DNA of 61,270 nt, filler included, from Jimgerdemannia flammicorona (taxonomy: Eukaryota), in NCBI GenBank assembly GCA_003990765.1. It is 3 parts of 3 records of this genome, joined end to end, with 100 filler letters (N's around TTAATTAATTAA, not from the genome) between each part and the next. Parts side by side here need not be neighbours in the genome. Positions count along the whole stretch, not along the records: positions 1 to 20,360 come from RBNJ01001699.1; 2 more parts are not named here. One strand, written 5' to 3'. A model generated the notes under the pieces. The model was not told the DNA's origin. It did not search any database and was given only the letters and a program-made list of their open reading frames with translations. Below, piece by piece: positions 1 through 12,358 of the stretch. Within the stretch, counting starts at the first letter, position 1, and each line of letters opens with the position of its first letter. The position numbers and the translations under genes were made by a program.

Positions 1-60
<60 letters not shown>
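1..60 (+). repeat. poly(A) tract, probably the 3' tail of a LINE lying upstream of the window
   Basis: 60 consecutive A, followed directly by the middle of a LINE ORF1 relic. Confidence 0.6.
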
Positions 61-62
<2 letters not shown>

Positions 63-314
63 TAGCATCTATGAAGTTGAGGTTGGATTTGTTGAGGAGA
101 AGTATTTGGTGGATATACTGGAGAAGAGAGTAAAGATAGGTGAGATAATAGTACTAATACCAATATTAGAGTATCTGAGATGGAATTCTAGAGTAGTATA
201 TCTAGTGGTTAAGGGGGTCCCCACAATATTGATAGAAGAGATAAAGAGTAGGATTAGGGTAATGATGTGAGAATATAGAGATATGGTAGATATAGATTTT
301 CAGATATAAGAGGG

Positions 315-1071
315 TATAATAGAATAAGCAATGAGTGATCATGTGACCTAGTGATGATATCATATGATCAAGTATGATATACAATATTATAAATGATGAA
401 TGAATGATGCAAAATAATACAGAAAATAATATCCAGCTTACCCCCAACAATTAGTACTACAGCAATTATTACTACAGCAGCTGATCATTACCTAGTAATT
501 GAGGTCCTGATCATAAAGTATTTTTTGCCACAAATTACCTAATAAAGGTTGCAATCACAAATCTTACTATAGTTACCAAATTAGTCACTTATATTTAGTC
601 AGAAATCACAAACCAACTTGTATAAATACCCCCCAGTTTCCTTTCGAAATAAATTAGTTTTAGTTCAGTTCTTGATACAAGAATCAAGTTCCCCCTACAC
701 ATATACATTCTCCTGAGTTTTAGTAATGATATCTAAGTAACTCTAGTATTTCTAGCTAAACTCCAGAAGCCTAGCTAACTTCTACCAGAACTGAGACTGG
801 TATACAAATCACAAAGACTTAAGTAAACCCATTGAACCTGAATTCCAAGGCAAATTCAGTCTGTATATAGTAAAGAACAAGACTCTTGAAAGATAGAGCA
901 AATCAGAAATATCTTTGAAAGATAAGGTACTGCTGCTATAATTACTTTTAAGTGAGCACTTCCTTAACTGAAGACTTCTTAGTATACATTGTATACTAAG
1001 TCCCTAAGTAATAGTCTTACTTCCCTAAGTATCCAAAAGATTAGAGAGGGATAGAAGTGAGAGATATTATA
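315..1071 (+). repeat. 5' LTR (757 bp) of the chromovirus
   Basis: Colinear with 6228-7015. Termini tataat...ttata (TG..CA after G->A/C->T). TATA box tataaat at 621-627. Confidence 0.92.
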
Positions 1072-1074
1072 ACT

Positions 1075-1085
1075 TGGTAGCAGTA
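1075..1085 (+). promoter_or_regulatory. Primer binding site, tRNA-iMet type
   Basis: TGGTAGCAG 3 nt after the LTR end, complementary to a ...CTGCTACCA tRNA 3' end. Confidence 0.75.
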
Positions 1086-2429
1086 GATTACTCAGCCAAG
1101 AAAGCATCAAGAATACACTCCTGAAAAGTTGGAACAAGACCAACCTTAGATATATAGGAGTAATTCTCAGGACTAATTGTGGATCTCTAAACCAGAGCCA
1201 GAGAAGCCCTTACCATTAGGACTAGGTGGTACCAGGAAACTACAGATCCAGGGACTCATCAGCTTGTAATTGACCAAGCTTATAAGGATCTATACCAGGC
1301 CTTTAGGACTTTCCACCCAGGACTTAGGAATATTGTCAGCTACTATAGGTTCTACAAACTCCTCTGTAGCTACATTGGAATCACTAGGACTCCAGAATCT
1401 ACTGCTACAGCCACCTAGGAATTTTTAGATCATATCTCACCCCCTGTTGCAAGAGAAGTTGCTGCCAAGTAGATTACTTCTGACAGATACCATCACACTC
1501 CTACTAAGACCTCACTTTACTATAGACTAGTTGTATACTATACCTCTGCTATAACAAGATATGAGAACAAGCAAGCAGGCCACTCATCTCCTACTGCTGA
1601 ACAAGAAGTAGGCTCATCTATCTAGCCAGAATCTAATATTCTCTTTAAAAGACCTAGTCAGTATGAGGATGCACTATCTCATCAGAAAAGGGAGTCAGAT
1701 GAAGACTCTATAGGTTACCAGTCTGATGATAGCTAACAAGGAACAGCAGGTCTAGAAATTTACCAAGGACCCACAGGTCAAGAAGATCAGACTCCAGAAC
1801 CAATCCAGCTATCAATACAGAGGTTTGATCTACCATCTCTTATAGGACTACTTGATCTGATCTCTAGGAATCAAGTAACCCCAAGTCATACAGCTCCACA
1901 ACCTCATTAGGTAGAACAATCTTCAGAAGAATCTACCCCTACAGGTCCACTACCAATAGTCAATACAATGGTAGATATCAATATTACAGCACTAGCTACC
2001 CAGCTAGCTATACTAGCAGAGATAGTAGGAAGAATTGCTAAACAGAACAAACCAACTAAGATCTTGCAAATCCCAACATTCAGTGGAAAAAACAGTGATA
2101 TCAAAACCTTCATCAATATAGTTGATACAGATTACTGAGCAAACCAATGGAATGATAATTGAGTACCAACAGGAATACTTACTAACAATCAGAACAATAT
2201 CCTTCAATAGTTATTTGCCACATCAGTAGCACAAGTGGAAACAGTAGCCACATTCTTCATTGGAATAGCAGCTGAGTTCTGGAATACCTTGGAAGAACAC
2301 TCAGTAACCTGAGAAGACTACCCTCAAATTACAGGCCAAGGATCTGGCAAAAACAGACCAGGATAGAATGATCATGAAGTAGGCCCAGGACTCAAGGCCC
2401 TGCTACTGACCAAATTCCAAAATGTAGCC

Positions 2430-4745
2430 TACATACAAGAAATGCTCAACATCTATGTTCTTATATATATTGATGATATACTAATCTATAGTGAAACAGT
2501 AGAGCTACACTATACCCACCTCAGACAGATACTGATCCTCCTGCAAGAACATCCACTCTATATCAAAATGAGTAAGTATAAGTTCTACCAAGACCAGATC
2601 AAGTATCTGGGACATATCATCTCTGCTAATGGTATCAACATAGACCCCCAAAAGATATCAGCCCTCAAGGATATTCTCATTCTCACTACCCTCAAACTAC
2701 TCCAGTGCTTCCGGGTATTGCTGGCTACTACTGAAGGTTTATCTAAGGATACTCTACTATTGCAGTCCCACTGACCAGCCTGGCCCACAAAGGAGTGAAT
2801 ATTAAAACTGAATAGACCTCTGAGTACATCCAGGCAATAGACCATCTTAAGATACTTCTCACTGAAGCCACAGTACTAATTGCACCTGATTCTACCAGAC
2901 CATTCACTCTGACCACAGATGCCTCTGATATTGCCATTGGAGCAGTACTTAGTCAAGAAGATTGCCCCGTAGCCTACTTTTCCCAAAAGCTCAATCCAAT
3001 ATACTACTCATGAGAAGGAACTCCTGGCCATTGTTACTGTACTCCAGAAATGATACCATTTCCTCCTAGGACAACTATTTGTGGCCTATACTGATCACCA
3101 TACTCTATGATATATTCACACACAGCCTATACTGACCCACATACAAGCTCACTGGATGGAAATCAAGTATATCCTAGGCAAAACCAACCATATAGCTAAT
3201 GGCTTCTCTAGATACATAGAAGATAAACTTGTCTTTATGATTGAGATAATTGGAGACCTTACTCATATGATCAAGGATGGCTACCAACAAGACAGCCCCC
3301 TAGTGAATTTCCTTCAATTCTGTCAAGACCCAGAGACTGAGGTCTCAGAACCCATGAGGCAAATGTCCAAAAGATTCACTTGCTATGATGGACTCATTTA
3401 TAGAGATCATGACAGAGTAGTTATACCCAATAATGATACTCTGTAACTCAAGATTATACAGAAACTCCATGATACTCCTATAGCAGGACATTTTGATTTT
3501 GAAAAGACTTATAATCTCCTCTCAAGAGAGTTCTACTGGCCAAAGGTGACCAAGGATATCAAAGACTTTGTGGCCTCATATGAGATATGCCAAAGGTTCA
3601 AAAGCAGTAATAAGCTACCAGCAGGACTTCTGCAACCCCTGCTCATCCCAAGTCACAACTGGGATCAGATTGCAATAGACTTCATTGTCTAGCTTTCCAA
3701 GACCAAGGCAGAATGGAATGCTATCATGGTATTTATAGACTGCCTAAGCAAATAAGCTCATTTTGTACCCACTAAGACCATCACTACAGTACCAGAGATT
3801 GCCAAAATCTTTCTCAACCAAGTATTTAGATTACATGGCATGCCTAGCACTATTGTATCTGACTGAGATGTAAAGTTTATAAGCAACTTCTGGAAAGTAT
3901 TCTTCTTACTCTATAAAACCAAGCTGAAGTTCTCCACTATATACTACCCCCAGATAGAAGTCAGACCAAGCAGACTAATAGGACCCTCAAGCAGATGCTA
4001 AGCATCTTCTGCTATTACAAATAGAATTATTGGGACAAGTATCTAGCCTATACCAAGTTTGCCTATAACAATAGTCAGCAAATCTCCACAAAGAAGACTC
4101 CATTCTTTCTGAACCATGGCCAACACCCAAGGACCCTGAGTACTACTGCCAAATCAGCAGTCCCAGTAGCCCAAGATTTGGCTGAGACCATTTCTGACCT
4201 CACCTGGATGATAAGAGATACTCTTATAAAAGTACAGAATTACCAGACCAAGTATGCAAACTTAAAGTGAAGGGAAGCCTCCTACATTATTAGTGACATA
4301 GTCATGCTTAGAACAGACCATCTTCACCCAGATGCTCTGATACAACAATCAGCCAAAAAACTCCATACTGGAAGAATTGGACCATATAGGATTGTGGAAA
4401 AAGTCAGTGAAGTCAACTATAAGTTATAACTCCCTAATAATATTTGAGTACACCCAGTATTCCATATCAGCCAACTAATAGACTACTATGAGAACTCCTT
4501 TCCCAAGCATATAGTTTTACCACTACTTTCAATTATCATGAGAAAATTGAAATTGAGGAAGTACTTGACTACAAGGTCTGCAAATATCCCAAAACAGTCA
4601 AGCAGTTTTTTCTTATTAAGTGGAAGGGATATTTCACCCATGATATCATCTGGGAAAAAGAAGAAGCTCTGGAGAATGCACATGAAGCCCTTCAGGACTA
4701 TATGGATATACTTACTCTCCAGCAAAGAAAGGAACTATAGCTCTA
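2430..4745 (+). pseudogene. pol: Chromovirus pol remnant: RT C-terminal half, RNase H, integrase, chromodomain
   Basis: YIDDILIYS, YLGHII, TTDASDIAIGAVLSQ, HEKELLA, TDH, LHDTPIAGHF, GPYRIV, HPVFHISQL, then EIEEVLD..FLIKWKGY..DIIWEKEEAL. Protease and RT N-terminus are missing, with gag-like sequence joining RT near 2430. Confidence 0.88.
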
Positions 4746-5388
4746 AAACAAAGAGCATATAGCAAAGAAAGAAAACACCTTATTTATCTGAAATATACAA
4801 TACCAAATATTACCAAAAAAGAGATACTATAACTAATTACTAAGAAGATACTCAAGCAAGAAACAATTCAGCATAGTGTAGTAAAACATATTTGAATAAC
4901 TCTTTTCATGCTATCTGTGTCATCTCTATTAGATGATGACAGATACTTCATTTAGAACTTAAGAAAGCTGATGATATTGAAACCAATCTAAGTCCATCTA
5001 TGTAACAGATATTATTACTAGAGATTGCCTCAGATTACAAGAAATACTATTTCCAAGAGATTCAAACCTCCAGCCATAACAATGGGAGCCCTTACCCTAG
5101 ACAAGGATGACTAATCCTCACAAATGTGCCAACTAGACAAAAAAAAAAGAGGACTAAGATTTGTCAACTCTGTGTAACTATAACTGTAAGTAGTAATATC
5201 TTTGAAATCAGGACTTTCTCAGGTGACCAGTACATACTCTGCTTACAGCAACAGGTTATACATTCTACTGTAAAGTGTGATCGAATTATGATCACACCAG
5301 ACAGATGAATAAGTATAAATACCCAAGGTAAGAATACACTGCAACCCTTACCCCCCTCCCTCTCCCCAAGGAAAAGACAAGATAAAGA

Positions 5389-6216
5389 ATGTCTACTACC
5401 TACTGCCAAACTGCCCACCAGAGTCAGCCTCTCCCCAGCCAGATTGACTGCCTCTTTGGACACCTCCAGGTTATTATTCAAGGAAGGAACTGCCACTCTG
5501 AGGCCCTTAACCTCTCCAGCTAGGACCTAGGACAGTATGTCCTTGACTACTGTGAACTTATCAAAAGGACCTATCTTGCTACCAGTCACCTAGAAATCTG
5601 GTATGAATACAAAATTGGCCATCAACTCTTTCAACATACAAAAGGCCTACCCACTGACCAGGTCTCAGACTAGACCTATCTGGACAGGCATGAGCAAAGA
5701 CTAGCTAAGAAAATCCATCAAATCATGTACCATGTATCTTTTGCGATTCCCAATCTCAACTACATCTAACTGAAGGATTTCCAGAACCTCTTCTTCTCTG
5801 AGATTGATGAGCTAGAAATCAAGGTAGCCCAAGAAGCCAACTTCTGGATTGTCCTCAAGTCCACTGACTGCAAATCTTACTGGAGCCCTCTTCTGAATGA
5901 CAACTCAGACTAATGGCTTCAAGGTCTCTCTGACCTCTTTGAAGGACCACCTATCTGAATGAATATTCCCAGACATAAGGATCAAGAACTCTACTTAGAT
6001 GGTCCCAACTGCATTAGATGGAGAACCCCTACACCAAGGCCTATACCAGTTCCAGAGCCATTTGTAGACCTCATTAACTTCTCCATCTTGAACACTAAGC
6101 CATAATCAGCTACTCCTCCTGCTACTGAAGGAGAAGACAACAACACTGAGGAAAATTGCCCATCTTTCTCTCCCCTGGTCCTCATTTTTCAAATCAATAA
6201 GGATATTGATTTCTAA
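5389..6216 (+). pseudogene. Accessory ORF (copy A, 276 codons, unknown function) between pol and the 3' LTR
   Basis: One frame from ATG 5389 to TAA 6216, no frameshift, six internal stops mostly compatible with C->T. Homologous to 31920-32777, 59547-60008 and 43650-44271. Confidence 0.8.
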
Positions 6217-6227
6217 GAGAGGAAAGA
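6215..6227 (+). promoter_or_regulatory. Polypurine tract
   Basis: aagagaggaaaga immediately before the 3' LTR. Confidence 0.8.
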
Positions 6228-7015
6228 TATAATAGAACAAGTGATGAGTGATCATGTGACCCAGCAATGATATCATATGATCAAGTATGATATACAATAT
6301 TATGAATGATAAATGAATGATGTAAAATGGTACAGAAAACAATATCCAGCTTACCCCCAACAATTAATACCACAGCAAATATTGTCACAGCAGTTGATTA
6401 TTGTCTAGTAATTGAGATCCTGATTACAAAGTGTTTTTTTCCACAAACCACCTGACAAAGGTCATGATCATAAACCTCACTATAGTTACCAAATTAGTCA
6501 CTTATACTTAGTCAGAAATCACAGACCAACTTGTATAAATACCCCCCAGTTTCTATTTGAAATAAATCAGTTTTAGTTCAGTCCTTGATATAAGAATCAA
6601 GTCCCCCCCATACACACACATTCTCCTGAGTCTTAGTAATAACATCTAAGTAACTCTAGTATTTCTGACTAAACTTCAGAAGTCTAGCTAACTTTTGCCA
6701 GAACTGAGACTAGTATACAAATCACAAAAAGACTTAAGTAAATCTATTGAACCTGAATCCTAAGGCAAATTCAGTCTGTGTATAGCAAAGAACAAGACTC
6801 TTAAAAGATAGGGCAAACCAGAAAGACTCTTGAAAGATAGAGCAAATCAGAAAGATCTTTGAAAGATAGGGCACTGCTGCTACAACTACTTTTAAGTGAG
6901 CACTTCCTCAACTGAAGGCTTCTTAGTATACATTGTGTACTAAGGCCCTAAGTAATAGTCTTACTCTCCTAAGTATCCAAAGGATCGGAGATGGATAAAA
7001 GTGAGAGATATTATA
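6228..7015 (+). repeat. 3' LTR (788 bp) of the chromovirus
   Basis: Direct repeat of 315-1071 with one extra ~30-bp unit (tcttgaaagatagagcaaatcagaaa-like). Confidence 0.92.
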
Positions 7016-7508
7016 GAGAGGACAAAGTTCAGGATAGGTAATGTGGAAGTAAGGCTATAGATGGCTGGAAAGAAGGTAACTAAGAAGCAAGAAGATTGGC
7101 TGAGGGTCCTGAAGTAGGAGCCCTTCAAGTATAAGGTCTTAAGGATGAAGAGAATAGAAGAGGAGGAGGAGGACTTATTGATAGTACTCTGGGAACTGGA
7201 TAGAGCTATTGAGCAGAGGACAAAGACTTGGGAGGCCTTTGAGAATGTAACTATAGTTGAGAAGGTAGAGAGTAGAAAGGTGAGAATAGATAAGAAGGTA
7301 TATAAGAGGATATAGGAGAGATATATATAGTGAGATCTGCTGGAGAGTTATAAGGAGTAACCTAGTGGGGTACAAGTGGAGTCATCTGAGAGTGCTGGGG
7401 GTCTGGAGTCTTTACAGTATGCTCTTAGATGTATGAAAATTGTTGGCAAGGATGAACCAGGGTTCTTTATATATAGATCTAAATGGTAATGAAAAGAGGC
7501 AGACAAGG

Positions 7509-10500
7509 CACCTGTCACCAGTAACATTCAGATGACACAAGACTCAGACAACACTTTTCACAATGTTTTGGTGAAAGGAGACTATCAACATAGACAGCAA
7601 CAAACATACTAGTGAGTATATCAGCCAGGGGGGCAGCAGTGCCTTTGACTGGCAGCATATAGGGAGGAGGCAGGGAGATGGTTTGGAGATGCCAGAGCCT
7701 TCTATGGTGGGCTGCAGCATTGGTGGTAGAGGGAGAGGCAGATTGAGGCAGCAATGAGAGAGGAGGACAACCTTTGCTGACAAGGTCAAGATGGAGAGAA
7801 TGGCATCTGGTCTGAATAGTTGGTTGGGACTGGAGAAGATATCAATGGCTTCAGTTGGGGGATAGGGAGGGGCCCCCATAGGAGGGTCAGGCAGTTGGGG
7901 GGGGGGGGGGGGGGGGGGGGGAGGAGGAGCTAGGGATGGGACTGCTGATGGAGCTGTAACTGGGGATCTGGAAAAAAAATCCAGATGTGATAGTTGTTGG
8001 CAGATCAGGACAGAGGGAGGGCACAAGGCCCAGGGACCTGGCAGATAGTATGACTAGCATGATGTCAGCACCATTACTCAAAAATTTGAGGTCAGAATTT
8101 GCTATCACATTGTGCTTTCAAGGCTTGGTGGTGACTGCAAGGACGATTTTGGGGCTGGTGGTGTAGAAGGTAAAGGGGGTGGCTTCAGTGAAGTTCTTAA
8201 AGGGAAAAGAAGGGGTCAAGATTAGATTTGAGATAGAGGCATCATTATTAGAGGCTGTGAAGAAGGGGGTAGTAGTGGGCAGAGTAGTGGTCCCTATGGT
8301 CAGGTGCATGTACTGGGACCCCTAAGTGATACAGTTGATAGTATTGGATCTTCTCATAGTGTTGAGGGAGAAGGCCAGAGAGTTGATTGTGGAGGTGGTC
8401 AAGGAATATGGAGAAATTATAGACATTGGGTTCAGAGTCTGGGAGGGTACTGAACTCTGGATGAGAGATGTTGACATCAGGGTGAGGCTGGCTGGGAGAG
8501 AGAATACTGGGAAGGTGAGGGATTGGCCAGTAACCCTTAAGTGGGGATTGGTTGAATATATGGTTTTGTGGTGAAGAAGATGCCAGAGAAAGAGGAGGAC
8601 TTGCTGGAGGCTCTTGAGGATTTAGCAGAAGCAGTGAAGAGGAGGAGATTGGCTTGGAAGAAGTATGAAGCCAAGATGGTGGTGGAGATTGTGGATGGAA
8701 AGAAGATCAGGATAGACTGGGTGGTCTGAGAGAAGATGCAGGAGAGGTGAATCCAGAAGGAGCTGTTAGAGAAGTTGAGAGAGAGTATAGTAGGTGGTGG
8801 TGTAGGAGAAGGGAGTGCCAGACTGATGGAGAGTGCTTGGGCAGGGGAGCACAGGTTGGCCCAGGATGTGGCCCAGAGTAGATTGAACAAGGAGGGACTG
8901 GGTGACTTGGTGGAGGATGCTGAAATGGGTGAGAAAGTCCACCCTCAGTATGGTGTCCTGAGCAGGGCAGGTGGGGAGGAGGAATAACTGGACATATTGG
9001 AGGAGGAGTGAGATGAGTCAGAGAGGAGGAGCACCTTGGTGGACCCTATAGTGGAGGTCGAAGGAGTTGCCTGGGGTGTTGCTGAGATGGTGGATGAAGA
9101 GAAGTGGCTGTGGAAGGCTCTGGAGAGAGTAGCAGCTAAGGAGCTGGGGAAGAGAACTTCTGGGTCCTAAGTGATAGGCATTGGGAGGAAATTCTCCATA
9201 GAGAGGAGGTGTTGAGGAAGATTAGAAATGAGATCCTGGTGGTGCTCTTAGAGTTGGAGGAATATCAAGTAGATGATCAGAGGGAGGAGGCCCTTTGAGA
9301 GATTGCAAATGACTAGATGGCATACTTGTGGAATTTGAGAAAGGGGTTGGAGAAGTGGAGAGTGGTATGTATGGATTATCAGGTGGAAATGGAGGTTGTG
9401 GATGGGGTAGAGTGTCAGGAAATCTTGGAAGCACTGGATGCTCAAGCTATAGTAGAGAGTGAGTTGGAGGCAGAGTGACACTTGGATTTTACTGGTGATG
9501 GGATGAGTATGGAATTCTATACTGGGCTCTCAAAATCTAAAATTATTCAATATGAACAGTACAACTAGAATCTTTTCTTTAAATGTGAATGGGTTGAGGA
9601 GAGCAGTACAGTGTAGGAATATATTTGGCTAATTGAAGGGACTGGATGCAGATCTCTTCTTACTGCAGGATGTGCAGTATGAGATAGATATGGACTTACA
9701 GGACTGGACTAGAGAATGGGGTGGGGCAGCTGTGTGGACTGGACTGGTGGGCATTCTGGTTCAAAAAGGGATGGGGGACATTGGGGATATTGGACATTGG
9801 GGAAGTAGGTTGGTATAGGGAGTATGGAAGAGACCTGAGTGGAACCCTTTGACTATTGGGGCATATTATTGCCCAGCTGAGAGGGGAGAATACATAGATT
9901 AGATCAGAGACTTGAGAGAGGCTGGTGTTATGGGTGAGGCAGAGATTGATTGCCTGGGGGGTAATTTCAACATAGTATGTGATAATGGAGCAGATAGAAC
10001 TGATGGTGGGAGAGGAATGAGAGGCAGAAGTGGTGGATTGGACAATTGGATGGAGATTGAGAGGTTGAGCTCCTTAGTTGACTTGGGGCAATAGTTTTGG
10101 GTAGAGTGCTGAATTTACACTCACTGGGTGACAGAGCTGGGCTCCAGAATCAACTGGATATTAATAGTGAAGTGCTGGGGAGTAAATGTCTGAGATATGT
10201 TAGAGGTAGTTTGGTGCCCATGGTTGGATCACTGGGGTCTAATAGGAAGTGAGAGATTTGGGGGAAGTGAGAATGGGCCTGGACATTAGTGACTGAATTC
10301 TTCTTTGTTGGAGGATGGTTCCTTATAGACAGACTGGGAGGTGAAAGTTATTGTGAAGATTAGTAGGTAGTGGGAACAGGGATTGATGATTAGTGATCAC
10401 TGGTGGCAGCTGAAATCAAGTACTCAGAGGTACTGGAGGGAGGCAGGGAAAGGAAGGAATGTTCAGTGGTGGCAGTGAGTGCTATGGGCTTTACAGAGAT

Positions 10501-12358
10501 TGGCAGTGCTTCTGAGGAGGTGGGCAGAGTTACTGGAGGATTGGGGGACAGATGATTGGTGAATTCTATAAATACAAAAAGAAGTCGATGAGCTAAAAGA
10601 AGTGTTACAAATGGAGGAAGAGGTTCAGCTGAAGGGAATGGTGGTGAGGTTGCAGTGGCAGGGATTGGAGGAGGGAGAGAGACCTACTAGATTTCTTTCA
10701 CAGTTGCTCCAAGCTTGGAGAATCAGACAGTAGTGAGATGGTATTTTAGATGAGGATGGGGAGATGGTGGCAGGGACTCCTAAGATTTTGGGATTGCTGA
10801 GAACTTACTGGAGAAATTTATAGAGTGATGAAGAAGGGGGTGAGGATGCTCTGAACATTGAACAGCAGTTGGAGAATTGGTATCTGGACCCAGCTCTGGG
10901 CCTGGGGACACTGGGAGCCCCAGTAAGGGGGGAGAAAATATACAAGGTCTTGGCTTCGACAAGTAAGGGGATAGCTCCAGGAGAGGATGGGCTTCTCTGG
11001 GATTTTTAGAAGAAGATGGCTGGGGTGGAGGTGATATTGGAGGAGATGACTGTAATGAGTGATGAGGTCCTTCAATCTGGAACTTGGATTGGAGGCCAGT
11101 GCCTAGGGCTGGTCTCCTTGCTCTATAAGGATAAGGGAAGAAGAGAAGATTGGAAGAACTGGCAGCCAATCAGGCTCCTGGACATGGACTGAAAGCTGGT
11201 GATGAAGATCTTGATAACTAGGCTACAGGGGATCACTCAGCAGGTACTAGAAGTGGAGCAGAGGGGATTTGTTGGTGGTCAGTTGATCCAAGATGGAACT
11301 GTCTGAGTCTATGGGATGATTGAAGGGGCTTGGGCAGCTGGGGTTGATGGCCAGTTAGTGTTTCTGGATCAGGAGAAGGTATATAACAGAGTGAGGAGGG
11401 TCTGGCTGGAGGGAGTGCTGAAATATATGAGAGTTCTCCCAGAGTTCAGGAGGTCATTAATCAGTCTATTGGAAAACAGTCAAGCAGCATTAGTGGTGAA
11501 TAGGCACAGAGGTGTGACTTTTTTGCTAGATCATAGGGTGCTATAAGGGGATCCTTTGTCACCTATCCTATATGCCCTTTCCTTGGAGCCCCTATTGGAT
11601 AGGATCTGGTATCATATTGGGGGTTTGGATATTTTGAGAATTAACTGGAAGGTGGGGGCTTTTGTGGATGACATGATGGTTGGACTGGGTTCCTTAGAAG
11701 ATGTGGAGGAATTAAGGAGAACTGTGGAATAGTATAAGAGGAGCTCAGGTGCTAAACTTAACTGGCACAAATATGAGACTCTAGTGCTAGGTGGTGGAAT
11801 AGTTGGCAGTAATATGATTGGAACAGTGGTTCCAATAAGAGAACAGGTCTGATACTTGGGGATCTACTTTTTAGTATATGGGTCTCTTCTGCCTCATGTA
11901 TGATAGGAACAGCAGCTACTAGTGTGGGGGAATGTTCTCTTGAGGTGGGGTGGTCAGCATATATCCTTGGCAGAAAGAGTGATAGTGCTGAATGTATATT
12001 GGCTATCAAAGCTATAATATGTGAGGTATTATCTGGACTTCTCAGTATGGGTGGTCAGGAGACTTCTGAAGATGGCAAGATCATAGATTTAGACCAGGCA
12101 GTGTAGTCAGATAGGCTGGGAGGTTCTGACTCTACCTGTTGACAGAGGCAGATAGGGCTTAGTAGACTTCACCAAGCACCTATATTGTCTGAGAGTATGG
12201 TGGCTGAAGAGAGCAAGTGAGTTAAGAGGCTGGGAGTGGGTACCACTCATACAGAGGGTGTAGGAAGTCTGGTACTCCTCTCATGGAGTGACTGGTGACC
12301 TGCTTGCGATGGTGGCCATAGATGGAAGCAGGAGGATGCATTACAAAGGCTTTTGGTG
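7509..12358 (+). mobile_element. L1/Tx1-like LINE, 5' end intact, interrupted in late ORF2 by the next LINE
   Basis: 5' end cacc..tcaccagtaa..gacacaagactcagacaacac shared with 12359. Decayed ORF1 to ~9520. ORF2 from ATG 9552: endonuclease (SLNVNGL, LLQD, GNFN, DHW) and RT (SSRRGW/PGEDG region, NWQPI, DQEKVYNRV, GDPLSP, FVDD, YLG). Confidence 0.9.

Larger units (their letters stand above)
315..7015 (+). mobile_element. Ty3/Gypsy LTR retrotransposon of chromovirus type, internally deleted and decayed
   Basis: Direct LTRs at 315-1071 and 6228-7015; 5-bp TSD gaggg (310-314) / gagag (7016-7020); PBS and PPT present; RT-RNase H-integrase-chromodomain order. Confidence 0.93.
61..7508 (+). mobile_element. 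Decayed L1/Tx1-like LINE ORF1 fragment (61-314 plus 7016-7508) split by a chromovirus
   Basis: Translates as EVEVGFVEE..LEK..YLRWN..DMVDIDFQI*EG|TKFR..EEEEDLL, colinear with ORF1 of the LINE at 14787 (VEIGFVEEE..CLRWD..EMVDFGFMFWEGTKLR..EEEELL). The frame resumes across the LTR-element insertion. Confidence 0.8.

Noticed and set aside
315..1071. Non-canonical TA..TA LTR termini
   Set aside because: Explained by G->A/C->T decay of TG..CA. The same change is visible between the LTRs at 31678 and 60692.
7896..7921. 26-nt poly(G) run
   Set aside because: Expansion of a Gly-codon G-run that is shorter in the sister copy (~12747-12760). It may also be a homopolymer sequencing error.
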